Shown piece after piece: positions 1-9,575 of a stretch of DNA of 57,775 bases. How positions within the stretch are numbered: position 1 is the first letter of the stretch; every line of letters begins with the position of its first letter. Below the pieces are notes generated by a model that had not been told where the DNA came from, did not search any database, and was given only the letters and a program-made list of their open reading frames with translations. This stretch comes from a virus (Duplodnaviria > Heunggongvirae > Uroviricota > Caudoviricetes). The stretch is from positions 1 to 57,775 of IMG/VR virus record IMGVR_UViG_3300027994_000001. One strand, given 5' to 3'. A program made the position numbers and the translations under genes.

Positions 1-2
1 AA

Positions 3-1934
3 TTAAAATACGGAATAACTATTGACGGTCTAGAGCTAGAGCCTTGGCTATATTTCCACATAAATCACTTTCAAACAGAAATTCCTATAACTGTTATAGA
101 TAAAGTGACGGGAGAAAAAAAAACAGGTAAAAAAGTAAAAGTTCCAGAACTTAGAGATAATGAGTATTATATAATACAAGAAAGTTACAGAACAGCAAGA
201 AAAGAAGAAAAGATGTTATTTATAGCGGCTACAAGACGTTTATTTAAATCAACAGGACTTGCTTCTCACTTATACCACATTGCTATAACAGGAGGAAAAG
301 AGTTAGTTGTAGCAGGGGGATCGGCAAAAGATTTAGGACAATTAGAAAAGAATATAAAAGTCTGCTCATTAAACATAAACCCTGCATTTGCTGTAAATAA
401 TATCAGTAATGACTGGACGAAGAAAATACCTTTAGGAATAAAAACCAAAACCAATAAAATTATTGCTCAGTGTATAATACACATCATCAACTTAGATGGT
501 GGAGCGGTAAGTAATTCTGAGATTCTAGCAGGTTTTACTCCAGATGCCTTTGTAATTGATGAGGTGATGAAAGCCCCTTTTATCGACCAGCTTAACGGGG
601 CTAAACCGTCCTTTGACACACCGGAAGGAAAACTTTGTACAGCTATATTATCTGGAACTGGTGGTAATGAGGAATTGTCAAGGGATGCCCTTACAGTACT
701 TAAAGATCCTGCTGACTATGATATTCTCCCAATGGACTGGGATAAATTAGAGAGAAGTATACCTAAAGAACATATCACTTGGAAAAGGCAGAATTTTGGT
801 ACTTTTGCGCCTGCTCAAATGTCAGCAAAAACAGGGATGGTAAAAATAGAATCTAATCTTGAAAAATATTTACAATTAGAAAATTGCCCTGGACTTAGAA
901 AAATAAAAATACTAGTAACAGATTGGAAAAGATGTAATGAAATAATACGAGAAGATAGAAAAAAGAAACAAAAACATAAACCTACATTAGTAAAAGAAAT
1001 TGTCTATTATCCTATATCTCCGGAAGAAATATTTTTATCAGGTAAAACAAACCCATTTCCTTATGAAGCCGCTACAATACATCTAGAAAGAAAAAGACTA
1101 GCTGGTGATTTAGGAAGAAAAATAGATTTAGTAAGAGATGGAACTAGAATAGATACTTCTTTATCCAGCAAAGAAATTCCAAATTTTCCATTTGAGGGGG
1201 GATTTTTTGATGCGCCAGTTCTTGTATTTGGAAGTATACCAGAGGAAAAACCACCAAGAGGATTATTTTGTATTTCACTCGATGATTATAAACAAGAGCA
1301 GTCAGGTACAGACTCATTAGGATGTTTTGTAGTATATAAAAGGCAATCTGGAAATGATGAATGGGGTGATAGAATTGCAGCGATATACACTGCCAGACCT
1401 GACCCCCATAGAAAGTTTCACTTATGGGGGCACATGCTCTGTGAATTATATAATGCAGAAGAAGCGGTATTGATGGAGAATGAGGATATGGAGTTTAAAG
1501 TGTTCTTAGATACCATAAGACAAACAGATAAATATTTAGTACCAACTTTTAATGTCGCAGCGGATTTAAATGTAAAAAGTAACGGAAGAAGACAGTTTGG
1601 TATTTCTCCACAAGGAAATAAATCCGCCATCATAAATAAAGCTATTAATTACTGTAATGAAGTAATTGTCACTCATCACGAAGATGGAACAGTGACTCAA
1701 ATATTAGGAGTTGAGAGAATTGACGATGAAATGTTACTAGAAGAAATCATTAATTACAAAGAAGGGGAAAACCACGATAGAATTACAGCTTTTGGTATCG
1801 TTTTAATTCAGGCTCATAAGATGGATGCTGAATTTGTACCTATTAGATTAACTGAACCTAAACATGAAATGAATAAACAAGTTGTAATAAATAGAAGTCC
1901 TATAAGAAGCAGTGGCAGAAGAATGAGACTCTAA
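3..1934 (+). CDS. terL: Terminase large subunit (5' end lies outside the window)
   Basis: The frame is open from position 3 (LKYGITIDGLELEPWLYFH...), so the GTG at 105 is not the true start. Walker A-like RRLFKST, Walker B FVIDEVMK, coupling motif GTGG, RNase H-like nuclease acids (ISLDDYKQE, ENED, HDRITAF). Lies directly upstream of the portal. Confidence 0.92.
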   Translation, partial: LKYGITIDGLELEPWLYFHINHFQTEIPITVIDKVTGEKKTGKKVKVPELRDNEYYIIQESYRTARKEEKMLFIAATRRLFKSTGLASHLYHIAITGGKELVVAGGSAKDLGQLEKNIKVCSLNINPAFAVNNISNDWTKKIPLGIKTKTNKIIAQCIIHIINLDGGAVSNSEILAGFTPDAFVIDEVMKAPFIDQLNGAKPSFDTPEGKLCTAILSGTGGNEELSRDALTVLKDPADYDILPMDWDKLERSIPKEHITWKRQNFGTFAPAQMSAKTGMVKIESNLEKYLQLENCPGLRKIKILVTDWKRCNEIIREDRKKKQKHKPTLVKEIVYYPISPEEIFLSGKTNPFPYEAATIHLERKRLAGDLGRKIDLVRDGTRIDTSLSSKEIPNFPFEGGFFDAPVLVFGSIPEEKPPRGLFCISLDDYKQEQSGTDSLGCFVVYKRQSGNDEWGDRIAAIYTARPDPHRKFHLWGHMLCELYNAEEAVLMENEDMEFKVFLDTIRQTDKYLVPTFNVAADLNVKSNGRRQFGISPQGNKSAIINKAINYCNEVIVTHHEDGTVTQILGVERIDDEMLLEEIINYKEGENHDRITAFGIVLIQAHKMDAEFVPIRLTEPKHEMNKQVVINRSPIRSSGRRMRL

Positions 1935-1976
1935 AATTAAGTAATTTGTAAAAACGTTTAGTTATGCGTAAATTTG
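1929..1976 (+). promoter_or_regulatory. Bacteroidota-type promoter for portal, with extended upstream element
   Basis: TTTG (1945-1948), 20-nt spacer, TAAATTTG (1969-1976). The 20-mer CTCTAAAATTAAGTAATTTG (1929-1948) is identical to 7841-7860. Confidence 0.8.
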
Positions 1977-1999
1977 CGGATTAACTATATCAAATATAC

Positions 2000-4786
2000 A
2001 TGAATCCATTTGACACCTCATTTTTATCTGGTTTTGGGCAAGGAGGAGATTTCTCTTCTGCCTTACCTACTCAGACACTCTTAGAAAGCCAAAAAAACGA
2101 GGCTTGGATAAAATTGTGTATGGATCGATTGGAAATGATAGCGGTAAAGCAATATAACAGAAATATTGAGTTCAACTCGTATTATGAAATGGTTAAGGGT
2201 AATTTAATATACTCCGATTACGGCTTAGAAGATTTCTCAAAAGAAGTTATAAGATTGCGAGGAGAAACGGATTACCCAGTTCATGCGAAACATTATGACT
2301 TCCTAGGAATTATATGCAACCAAATAGAATCAGATTGGATTACAAGTAAAGCTGCATTCAGAATAGACAATACAGACCCCATATCACAGAATGATTTTAT
2401 TCGCGACCAAAACGATAGATTACTAGAATACACACAGAAAAACTTCAATTTAGAATTAGAAAGAAAACTTCTAGCCAGAGGAATAATTGTTAATGAAGAA
2501 AGACAATTCCAATCTGAGGAAGAAATGCAGGCATACGCCCAAGAACTTCAACAACAAAAAGACCAGCTAATACCGCCGGAAGTAATACAGAAAACTTTAT
2601 TTAAAGACTGGAAAACCAATGCTACAGAATGGGCGGAAAAAACCTATGAAATAGACCAAGACCGTTTCGGAATGGAGAAAATGAGCCGTCAAGAGATGGT
2701 TGACAGACTCCTTACTGGAAGATGGTTCAGACACTATCATATAGGATATGACTACTACAAACCCGAAAGATGGCATCCCTGTCAAGTATCATTTTCAGAA
2801 GATTTAGATATAGAATATCCGCAAGATGCAGAATATGTATCTTTCTTAACACAAATGTCCCCATCTAAATTCTTAAATAGATTTGGCGATAAAATTGATG
2901 AAGAAACCCAAAAAAGATTAATGGGCTACTATAATCAGAACAAAGGTGGAAGCTATGGTGGCGGGGCATCAATAAACCAAGTAATACAAAACAACTTCGG
3001 ACAGGTACAGCAGTTACCATTTGCAGGATTCCACGATTATGAATTAGGACTAGAATTCCAGGAAACATTTGGAGTCCCTATGGGAGAATCAACAGTTCTT
3101 GTAGATGGAGAACAAAAAGTAGTTCCATCTTGGTATTCTCCATTAGCAAGAGGCGGGGGATTTTTAAGTCAAAACTCAATGAGCGAATTACGTTCAGATA
3201 TTGATTTAAGATCCGACACACTTCAAGTAACAGAATCATATTGGCGTTCATATAAAAGAGTGGGGATACTTAATTATGTAAACCCTGATGGATATATGGA
3301 TCAGGTCTTTACTACTGATGACTTATTGCCGGAATTCTTAAAAGAAAATGAAATCACCACACTTAGAAAAATCTCTTTAGAAGAGGCGGAACTAAGAATG
3401 GAAGCCAATACAATAGCATACACCTGGATACCAGAAATCAGGTGGGGGGTAAAAGCAAAATCACATAACAGCTACTTAGACAAAGATCTATATATTGGCG
3501 GAAAAGCACTACCATTCCAAATTAAAGGAACACTAGATGGAGGAAGTAATATATATGACGCTAAAATACCAGTGGCGGGATATATAGGAGACTCAATTGC
3601 TAAAAAGCTCCGTCCATATATAATCAAACATAATATTGTATTAAATCAAATATATTCACTTCTTGAAAAAGAATTAGGAACATTCTTTCTATTTGATATT
3701 AAATACTTACCTTCAGAATACAAAGGCTCAGGAAATACAAGACAGGCTTTAGAGCAGATGTATGACCTTATTCAGGATATAGGAATTGTTCCTGTAGATA
3801 CGTCGCGCCAAAATTTAGAAGGAGGACAGCCAGCAATGAATGCATTTGCAACACAATCTATTGATTATACAGGAATGATTAACAATAGAATGAATCTAGC
3901 TGTACAATTTAAATTACAGGCTCTAGAACAGATTGGAATAACACCACAAAGAATCGGAACACCAGATCAATATTCTACCGCGGAAGGAATAAAACAAGGA
4001 AATACAGCCTCATACGCACAAACAGAAGGACTTTTTGCAGTACAAGCGGAAGCAGATAAAAGAGCAGCTTTATTACATTTAACTGTAGCGCAATACTGCC
4101 AGAAAAATAATAAAGACTATTCTTTCCTTTATACTAAATCTGATGGAGAGAAAGCTTTTATAGAACTTTCGGACGAGTTTTTTCAATGCCGCGAATGGGG
4201 TGTTACAATGGATATAACATCGGATGGACGCAAACAAGTTGAAACATTGAAGAACATTTTGATTTCAAACAATACTATGGGAAGTGATGTACTTGACGTA
4301 GCTGAAATAGTGTCATCTAAATCAATGACAGCCATAATGTCACATGCTCGTCAGAATAGGCAAGATGCTCAAAAAGTAATTCAACAACAACAAGCCCACG
4401 AGAAAGAAGTTGCTCAAATGCAAATAGAAGCGGCCGATAAACAACTACAAGCTAAATACGCACAAGAGACTAAGATACAAGATAGCAAGAACTTTACTGA
4501 CATCGAGGTAAAACAGATTGACAGTTATGGTAAAATGTCAATAAATCAAAACGCAGATTCTAGCCTATATGATCGATTAGATAAAGTCACTCAACAAGCT
4601 TTAGATAACGATTATGCAAATGCTGATCTTCAGCTTAAAAATCAAAACTTGCAAATGAAGCAAGAAGATATGGATTTAAGAAGAGAAAGAGACGATAAAG
4701 AGTTCCAGCTTAAAGTTGAGCAACTTGCACAAAAGAAAAGACAAACAGAAGTTCAGCTTCAAACAAGTTTAATCAACAAGAATTAA
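2000..4786 (+). CDS. Portal protein (crAss-like, 928 aa)
   Basis: Position after TerL; size; crAss-type segments (KHYDFLGIICNQI, YNIVLNQIYSLLEKELG, ALEQIGITPQRIG); C-terminal Gln-rich coiled coil. Confidence 0.85.
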   Translation: MNPFDTSFLSGFGQGGDFSSALPTQTLLESQKNEAWIKLCMDRLEMIAVKQYNRNIEFNSYYEMVKGNLIYSDYGLEDFSKEVIRLRGETDYPVHAKHYDFLGIICNQIESDWITSKAAFRIDNTDPISQNDFIRDQNDRLLEYTQKNFNLELERKLLARGIIVNEERQFQSEEEMQAYAQELQQQKDQLIPPEVIQKTLFKDWKTNATEWAEKTYEIDQDRFGMEKMSRQEMVDRLLTGRWFRHYHIGYDYYKPERWHPCQVSFSEDLDIEYPQDAEYVSFLTQMSPSKFLNRFGDKIDEETQKRLMGYYNQNKGGSYGGGASINQVIQNNFGQVQQLPFAGFHDYELGLEFQETFGVPMGESTVLVDGEQKVVPSWYSPLARGGGFLSQNSMSELRSDIDLRSDTLQVTESYWRSYKRVGILNYVNPDGYMDQVFTTDDLLPEFLKENEITTLRKISLEEAELRMEANTIAYTWIPEIRWGVKAKSHNSYLDKDLYIGGKALPFQIKGTLDGGSNIYDAKIPVAGYIGDSIAKKLRPYIIKHNIVLNQIYSLLEKELGTFFLFDIKYLPSEYKGSGNTRQALEQMYDLIQDIGIVPVDTSRQNLEGGQPAMNAFATQSIDYTGMINNRMNLAVQFKLQALEQIGITPQRIGTPDQYSTAEGIKQGNTASYAQTEGLFAVQAEADKRAALLHLTVAQYCQKNNKDYSFLYTKSDGEKAFIELSDEFFQCREWGVTMDITSDGRKQVETLKNILISNNTMGSDVLDVAEIVSSKSMTAIMSHARQNRQDAQKVIQQQQAHEKEVAQMQIEAADKQLQAKYAQETKIQDSKNFTDIEVKQIDSYGKMSINQNADSSLYDRLDKVTQQALDNDYANADLQLKNQNLQMKQEDMDLRRERDDKEFQLKVEQLAQKKRQTEVQLQTSLINKN

Positions 4787-4886
4787 TTTAAAATTAAGCC
4801 TTACTTTTAAAACAAGGGCATAAGTTATTTTAAATTAAGGCTTTTTCATAAAAAACAAGAGATTTTTTAAAACCAATATAATAACA

Positions 4887-4894
4887 TAAATTTG
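4887..4894 (+). promoter_or_regulatory. -7 element TAAATTTG upstream of scaffold/MCP genes
   Basis: TAAATTTGC just before the ATG at 4903; the -33 position reads TTTT rather than TTTG. Confidence 0.55.
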
Positions 4895-4902
4895 CAACAT
4901 AA

Positions 4903-6030
4903 ATGTCAATAGAAAACCAAAATTCGTCAATCGACACACAAGTTTCTTTCGAAGATCTACAACAAGGATTTTCATTTACTCCACCAGAAGAGGTAAAAAC
5001 AGAAACCCCTGAATTAACTTTTGAACCTTTAGATTTAAGCGGAGAAAAAAAAGAGGAAGATAAACCAGAAGAAGTAATTCCGGCGGGAGAAAAACCTAAA
5101 GAAGAGGAAGAAGGATTCAAACCTTTAAATCTAGAAACACCTAAAGATAATTTTTACACTAACCTATTAAAGAAGAAACTTGAAAAAGGACTTTGGGAAG
5201 ACGTAATAATTAAAGAAGGAGAAACAGAAACAAAACTTTCTGAGATTGAAGACTTAACCGAAGAAGAATATTATAAGTTAGAAGAAGATCAGGATGCTAT
5301 CAAAAAAGAAGATATTAAAGATAAGTATATCTCTATTGATGGAATCGCAGAAGAAAAAAAGTTAATACTAGAAATAGTTAAAAACGGAGGAAACTTAGCT
5401 GAACTATTCCAAAACGAAAAACAATTAGAAAAACCTTTTGATGAAAGTAAGGGATGGGATTTGGAAAATGAAAACCACCAAGAATCAATAGTTTACCAAC
5501 ATTACTTAAGTCAAGGTAATACACCTAGTAGAGCTAAACTTTTAGTAGAGGCAGATAAAAAAGAGTTCGTACTAGACACTGCAGCAAAACAGATTGTAGA
5601 TTTTCATCAAAAAGCTTATAGCGACAACTTGAATGCTATAAACAAACAGCTTATTGAAGAAAAAAACGCGGAAAAAGAAAACTTAAAAGTATACCGCTCG
5701 GAACTTACAAAAACATACAAAGAAGCAAAAATACCAGAACACGATATTAAAAAACTGGTAGATGCTGCAACAAAAGAAGATTCAAATGGAGATTTCGCTG
5801 TAGACACAATCTACGAAACAAAAATGAAAGACCCAATCGAAGCCTCGGAATTAATTTTCTTCTTAACTAATAAAGAGCAGTATCTTCAACAGAAAATGCT
5901 GGAAACAAAAGTTAAAACCAATTTAACTACAATGCGTACAATTAATAGAGCACCAAAAGATGCCACACAAAAAGTCGCGCCAAAAGAAGAAAAACAAGAA
6001 TCAGGATTTAGATTTAATATACCAACATAA
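4903..6030 (+). CDS. Acidic head-assembly/scaffold-like protein
   Basis: Very E/K-rich, with a disordered N-terminus and helical C-terminus; sits between portal and MCP as in crAss-like phages. Confidence 0.6.
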   Translation: MSIENQNSSIDTQVSFEDLQQGFSFTPPEEVKTETPELTFEPLDLSGEKKEEDKPEEVIPAGEKPKEEEEGFKPLNLETPKDNFYTNLLKKKLEKGLWEDVIIKEGETETKLSEIEDLTEEEYYKLEEDQDAIKKEDIKDKYISIDGIAEEKKLILEIVKNGGNLAELFQNEKQLEKPFDESKGWDLENENHQESIVYQHYLSQGNTPSRAKLLVEADKKEFVLDTAAKQIVDFHQKAYSDNLNAINKQLIEEKNAEKENLKVYRSELTKTYKEAKIPEHDIKKLVDAATKEDSNGDFAVDTIYETKMKDPIEASELIFFLTNKEQYLQQKMLETKVKTNLTTMRTINRAPKDATQKVAPKEEKQESGFRFNIPT

Positions 6031-6047
6031 AAAACAAATAAAATAAA

Positions 6048-7763
6048 ATGAGCGTAACACAACTCCCTCCAAATATGCTGTACAACGGAGATATGATTGT
6101 ACAAAGAACAGATAGAAAAACTATCGCATCCATAGGAGGACACTTTGACACAAGTTCAATCTCGGACTGGTACAAACAAGATCCAGACAAGAACAACTTA
6201 GGATTAATTAAACTTTGGGGACAAGGTGCAATGGTAAACTATCCAATCTATACAGGATTACTTGAGAAAAAAGCAATGCTTGAAGTAGACGGTGCAGATG
6301 GTAAAGTTTACTATGATGTAGCTATTAAAGATTCAGGAAAATGCGTAACTGTAAGAGATACTTCTTTGGAATATCCTTTCGCAGGTTTGGATAATTCTGT
6401 ATTTAGAGTAGTTTTAAACAAACGTTATGAAGTGGGTGATGTATTGACACCATCTTTCTACAAATCAGGAGTTCAAATTATCGTATCAGACCGCGAAGAA
6501 ATTAACCAAGTAATCGGCGGATGGAGTTTACCTGTAACTTATGTTACTAATGATAAAAAAGCTACATATGATCAGCAATACCTAAAAAGCGGAAGACAAT
6601 ACTTTAAAGTGTCGCAAAATATCTTAGGAGAATACGGTACTAACTATGGTACAATTGACTTTCCAGATATGCCAACAACTATGAAATGTATGTTCCAATT
6701 AGGTAACATGTCAGGACACGAGGTTTCAGTTACAGGCCGTGCGGATATGAGAAAATTCTCAGGTGCTGCCTCAACAACTAAAGAATACTTAGATGAACTT
6801 TTAGGAGACATCGAAAGAAACGGAGAATTTGCTATTATGACCGAAGCTGTTAACGTAGGAGCTGGAGGAGTAATTAAAAAAGGAGCAAATTTAAGATTAG
6901 GTGCCGCAATGGAATTACTATTGCACAAATATCACCAAAAAGCATTAAATACTCAGTTCATGTTCCAAGATGCTGCTATTATACCAGGAGCAAATGGAAG
7001 TGGAATTACAAGATTGAATGAAGGTATCTACAAACAAATGCGTAGAGGTAAAATCATCACTTATGCTCGTCCAATGGGTATGACAAGAGCTGACGTTGCT
7101 GATGCAGTAGAATACTTATTCGTTAACAATCCTTTACCAGATGAACAAAGAGAGGTAACTTTCAGTGTAGGTAAATATATGCAGCAAAACTTCTTCGCTA
7201 TTTTCAAAGAAGAGGTAAAACAACAAAATGAAGGATTAGGTGTATGGAACGGCGCGGATAGAATTATTCCAAAATCTCCAGTATCAGGAACATCTTTAAC
7301 AGAATTAGAGTACAATGCGGTTAGATTTACTAAGGTTTATCTTCCGGGAATTGGAAACATCTCTGTAAAACATGACCCATCATTAGATTACAGACCAGGA
7401 GAAGATCGTTTCATCAGCGGAATGCACCAAGGCGGATTAGCTCATACGACCTACAGTGCGGTAATCTGGGATACAGCAGACCAAAAATTTTCCAACAATA
7501 GAAAAATGCCACAAGGAGCAACTTTAATTGAAGGGGGCGATAACGGCTCAAATGTGTATATCGTTAAGCCTCAAGGTGCTATGACATACTGGGGGTCAGA
7601 AAACGGACGATATGATAGCATGAAACCTTCAGATATTGTTTCCTCAAACAAGTTTCAAATGCAATCTTGGTTTATTTGGAGCGTAGTTGCGGGATTAGTT
7701 CTTGATAAAGGTAGATTCGTTATTATAGAGCTAGACGAAAAAGCCCAAGCAGGTTTTAATTAA
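6048..7763 (+). CDS. Major capsid protein (crAss-like HK97 fold)
   Basis: Own transcription unit ending in a terminator; synteny portal-scaffold-MCP; crAss MCP-like segments (GIYKQMRRG, VKHDPSLD, YWGSENGR). Confidence 0.8.
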   Translation: MSVTQLPPNMLYNGDMIVQRTDRKTIASIGGHFDTSSISDWYKQDPDKNNLGLIKLWGQGAMVNYPIYTGLLEKKAMLEVDGADGKVYYDVAIKDSGKCVTVRDTSLEYPFAGLDNSVFRVVLNKRYEVGDVLTPSFYKSGVQIIVSDREEINQVIGGWSLPVTYVTNDKKATYDQQYLKSGRQYFKVSQNILGEYGTNYGTIDFPDMPTTMKCMFQLGNMSGHEVSVTGRADMRKFSGAASTTKEYLDELLGDIERNGEFAIMTEAVNVGAGGVIKKGANLRLGAAMELLLHKYHQKALNTQFMFQDAAIIPGANGSGITRLNEGIYKQMRRGKIITYARPMGMTRADVADAVEYLFVNNPLPDEQREVTFSVGKYMQQNFFAIFKEEVKQQNEGLGVWNGADRIIPKSPVSGTSLTELEYNAVRFTKVYLPGIGNISVKHDPSLDYRPGEDRFISGMHQGGLAHTTYSAVIWDTADQKFSNNRKMPQGATLIEGGDNGSNVYIVKPQGAMTYWGSENGRYDSMKPSDIVSSNKFQMQSWFIWSVVAGLVLDKGRFVIIELDEKAQAGFN

Positions 7764-7776
7764 TAAAAAATAAAAT

Positions 7777-7810
7777 TCCCCTGACCTTAAAAATCAGGGG
7801 ATAATATTTT
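7777..7810 (+). terminator. Intrinsic terminator-like hairpin after MCP
   Basis: TCCCCTGA (7777-7784) / TCAGGGGA (7794-7801) inverted repeat with a weak T-rich tail and an upstream A-tract. Confidence 0.65.
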
Positions 7811-7840
7811 ACCTTCTTATTTTTTCAGTAAGGTTTGGTT

Positions 7841-7888
7841 CTCTAAAATTAAGTAATTTGCTGCTGTAAAAACATAGTAGTATATTTG
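7841..7888 (+). promoter_or_regulatory. Bacteroidota-type promoter with extended upstream element
   Basis: CTCTAAAATTAAGTAATTTG (7841-7860), 20-nt spacer, TATATTTG (7881-7888). Confidence 0.85.
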
Positions 7889-7914
7889 CAGAGTAAAACC
7901 AAAAAACAATTAAA

Positions 7915-8886
7915 ATGCAAGACGAATTATTAGTTTACAAAAACGGTAATCAAGAATATTCAATTAAAATAGGTACTGAAGATAAACCTTATACTTATCA
8001 AGTGATTCCAATGTATGATGCAAGTGCACCAGATGGTTTTCAAAAGATGAGATCAACTAAAATTATCGACCCAAATGTTTACAACAGAGTAAGATTAGGA
8101 ACATATGATCCTGCAAAACTTATGTACGATGTAGCATTTACAGAAAACTCTAGAATACTTACTAGACTATACCCAGACAAAAGTTTAAGACAAACGGCAT
8201 TAAAAAATATCACTAAGTATATTATTAATCCGATGCTGCAAATTTACACAAAAGAACAATTACTTGACTTTAAGAATTTTGATTTCTGGGATACACTTAC
8301 AGAAAATATTGAACTAGATAACAGCTACAATACTTCTGATCCCATGCAGCTTTTCAAATTATACTGCCTTATTTCTAAAGGCGACCTATGTCCGGCGGGA
8401 TTAGAAAGCGAGTCCTATTATTTAGGCTCAGCTCAATATGCAGTTGAAAATAAAGATTCAGTAGTTGACGTAGGACAAAAAAGAAAACTGGAAATCAGCC
8501 AGGCGACAAGTAAATTCATTACATTACTATCTACAGATAAAGAAGGCTTAACAGCTATTTTAGAATGGATGGGTATTACAGGAGTAGTTGACAGCGAAGA
8601 TGCTCTTCTTAATGACATCTTTACTACTTGGTTATCTAAGGATGACAACCAAAATCCAAAAGCTTTTCTTGAAACTTATGCTAACTATTACGAATCAGAA
8701 GCGGGTAAAAAAGAACTTGTCATGTTTAAGGATTTGAAATCATTACAACGAAAAAAGAAAATAGTAAAAGGAATGCAGGGATTTACTTTGAATGATCACT
8801 TACTAGGAAAAGATTTAAAAGACGCGGCGAAAAATGTTTTAAAAGACAATAGTTTATTAGAATTAGTTTATGCGGCATTAGATTAA
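7915..8886 (+). CDS. Conserved crAss-like structural/assembly protein following MCP (323 aa)
   Basis: Synteny with the crAss-like capsid module; no diagnostic catalytic motif. Confidence 0.5.
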   Translation: MQDELLVYKNGNQEYSIKIGTEDKPYTYQVIPMYDASAPDGFQKMRSTKIIDPNVYNRVRLGTYDPAKLMYDVAFTENSRILTRLYPDKSLRQTALKNITKYIINPMLQIYTKEQLLDFKNFDFWDTLTENIELDNSYNTSDPMQLFKLYCLISKGDLCPAGLESESYYLGSAQYAVENKDSVVDVGQKRKLEISQATSKFITLLSTDKEGLTAILEWMGITGVVDSEDALLNDIFTTWLSKDDNQNPKAFLETYANYYESEAGKKELVMFKDLKSLQRKKKIVKGMQGFTLNDHLLGKDLKDAAKNVLKDNSLLELVYAALD

Positions 8887-8890
8887 AAAT

Positions 8891-9556
8891 ATGACAACAG
8901 AACAGTTCTACCAAGGTGCAATTATAAAACTTAACGAGAACGCAACTACCGATAAAATCAGTCTAGATAAAGGAAGATTCTGCGTTTTAGCTAATAATGT
9001 AATGAACCGACTCATAGAAGTGTTTCTAGATAGGAAATTTGAAGATGATATACGATACATTCAGAAAATATTAATTCATGATTTATCTATACCATCTTCA
9101 AAAAAACTAAAAAACTTCACAGAATTCAGTCTACCTAAAGACTACTTTGATTTCTCTAATTTATTCGCTACAGGATCTAAAGATGTATGTCAGAATAAAA
9201 AAATAGACTGCTTTGAAATAAAAGACGACGACACAAATGGGATACTCAGAGATTCTAATAACAATCCGTCATTCAAGCACAGAGAAACACCTTTTCATTT
9301 AGCATCTGATAAAATTATTATCTACACTTCAGATGACTTTACCATCGATAGAGCAGTACTTTCCTACTATCGTTACCCAATCCAAGTTGGTCTTAAAGAC
9401 CCAGAAAACCCAGAGAGTGATTTCAATTCAAATGATCCTGAATTCGATGATAAATTTATGAACAGAGTAATAGATTTATTAGCAGCAGAATTCTTATTGA
9501 ATACAGATGACCCTAAATATCAAGCAGAAAAACAAAACGCAATAACAAAAAATTAA
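8891..9556 (+). CDS. Neck/ring (head-tail adaptor) protein, 221 aa
   Basis: Size, position and YYRYP motif typical of crAss-like ring proteins; resembles the 221-aa ORF at 20826 in layout. Confidence 0.5.
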   Translation: MTTEQFYQGAIIKLNENATTDKISLDKGRFCVLANNVMNRLIEVFLDRKFEDDIRYIQKILIHDLSIPSSKKLKNFTEFSLPKDYFDFSNLFATGSKDVCQNKKIDCFEIKDDDTNGILRDSNNNPSFKHRETPFHLASDKIIIYTSDDFTIDRAVLSYYRYPIQVGLKDPENPESDFNSNDPEFDDKFMNRVIDLLAAEFLLNTDDPKYQAEKQNAITKN

Positions 9557-9575
9557 TTTAAACAAAAACAATAGA

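Noticed and set aside
105-107. GTG at 105 as the TerL start
   Set aside because: The reading frame is open to the window edge and encodes plausible protein, so the gene starts upstream.
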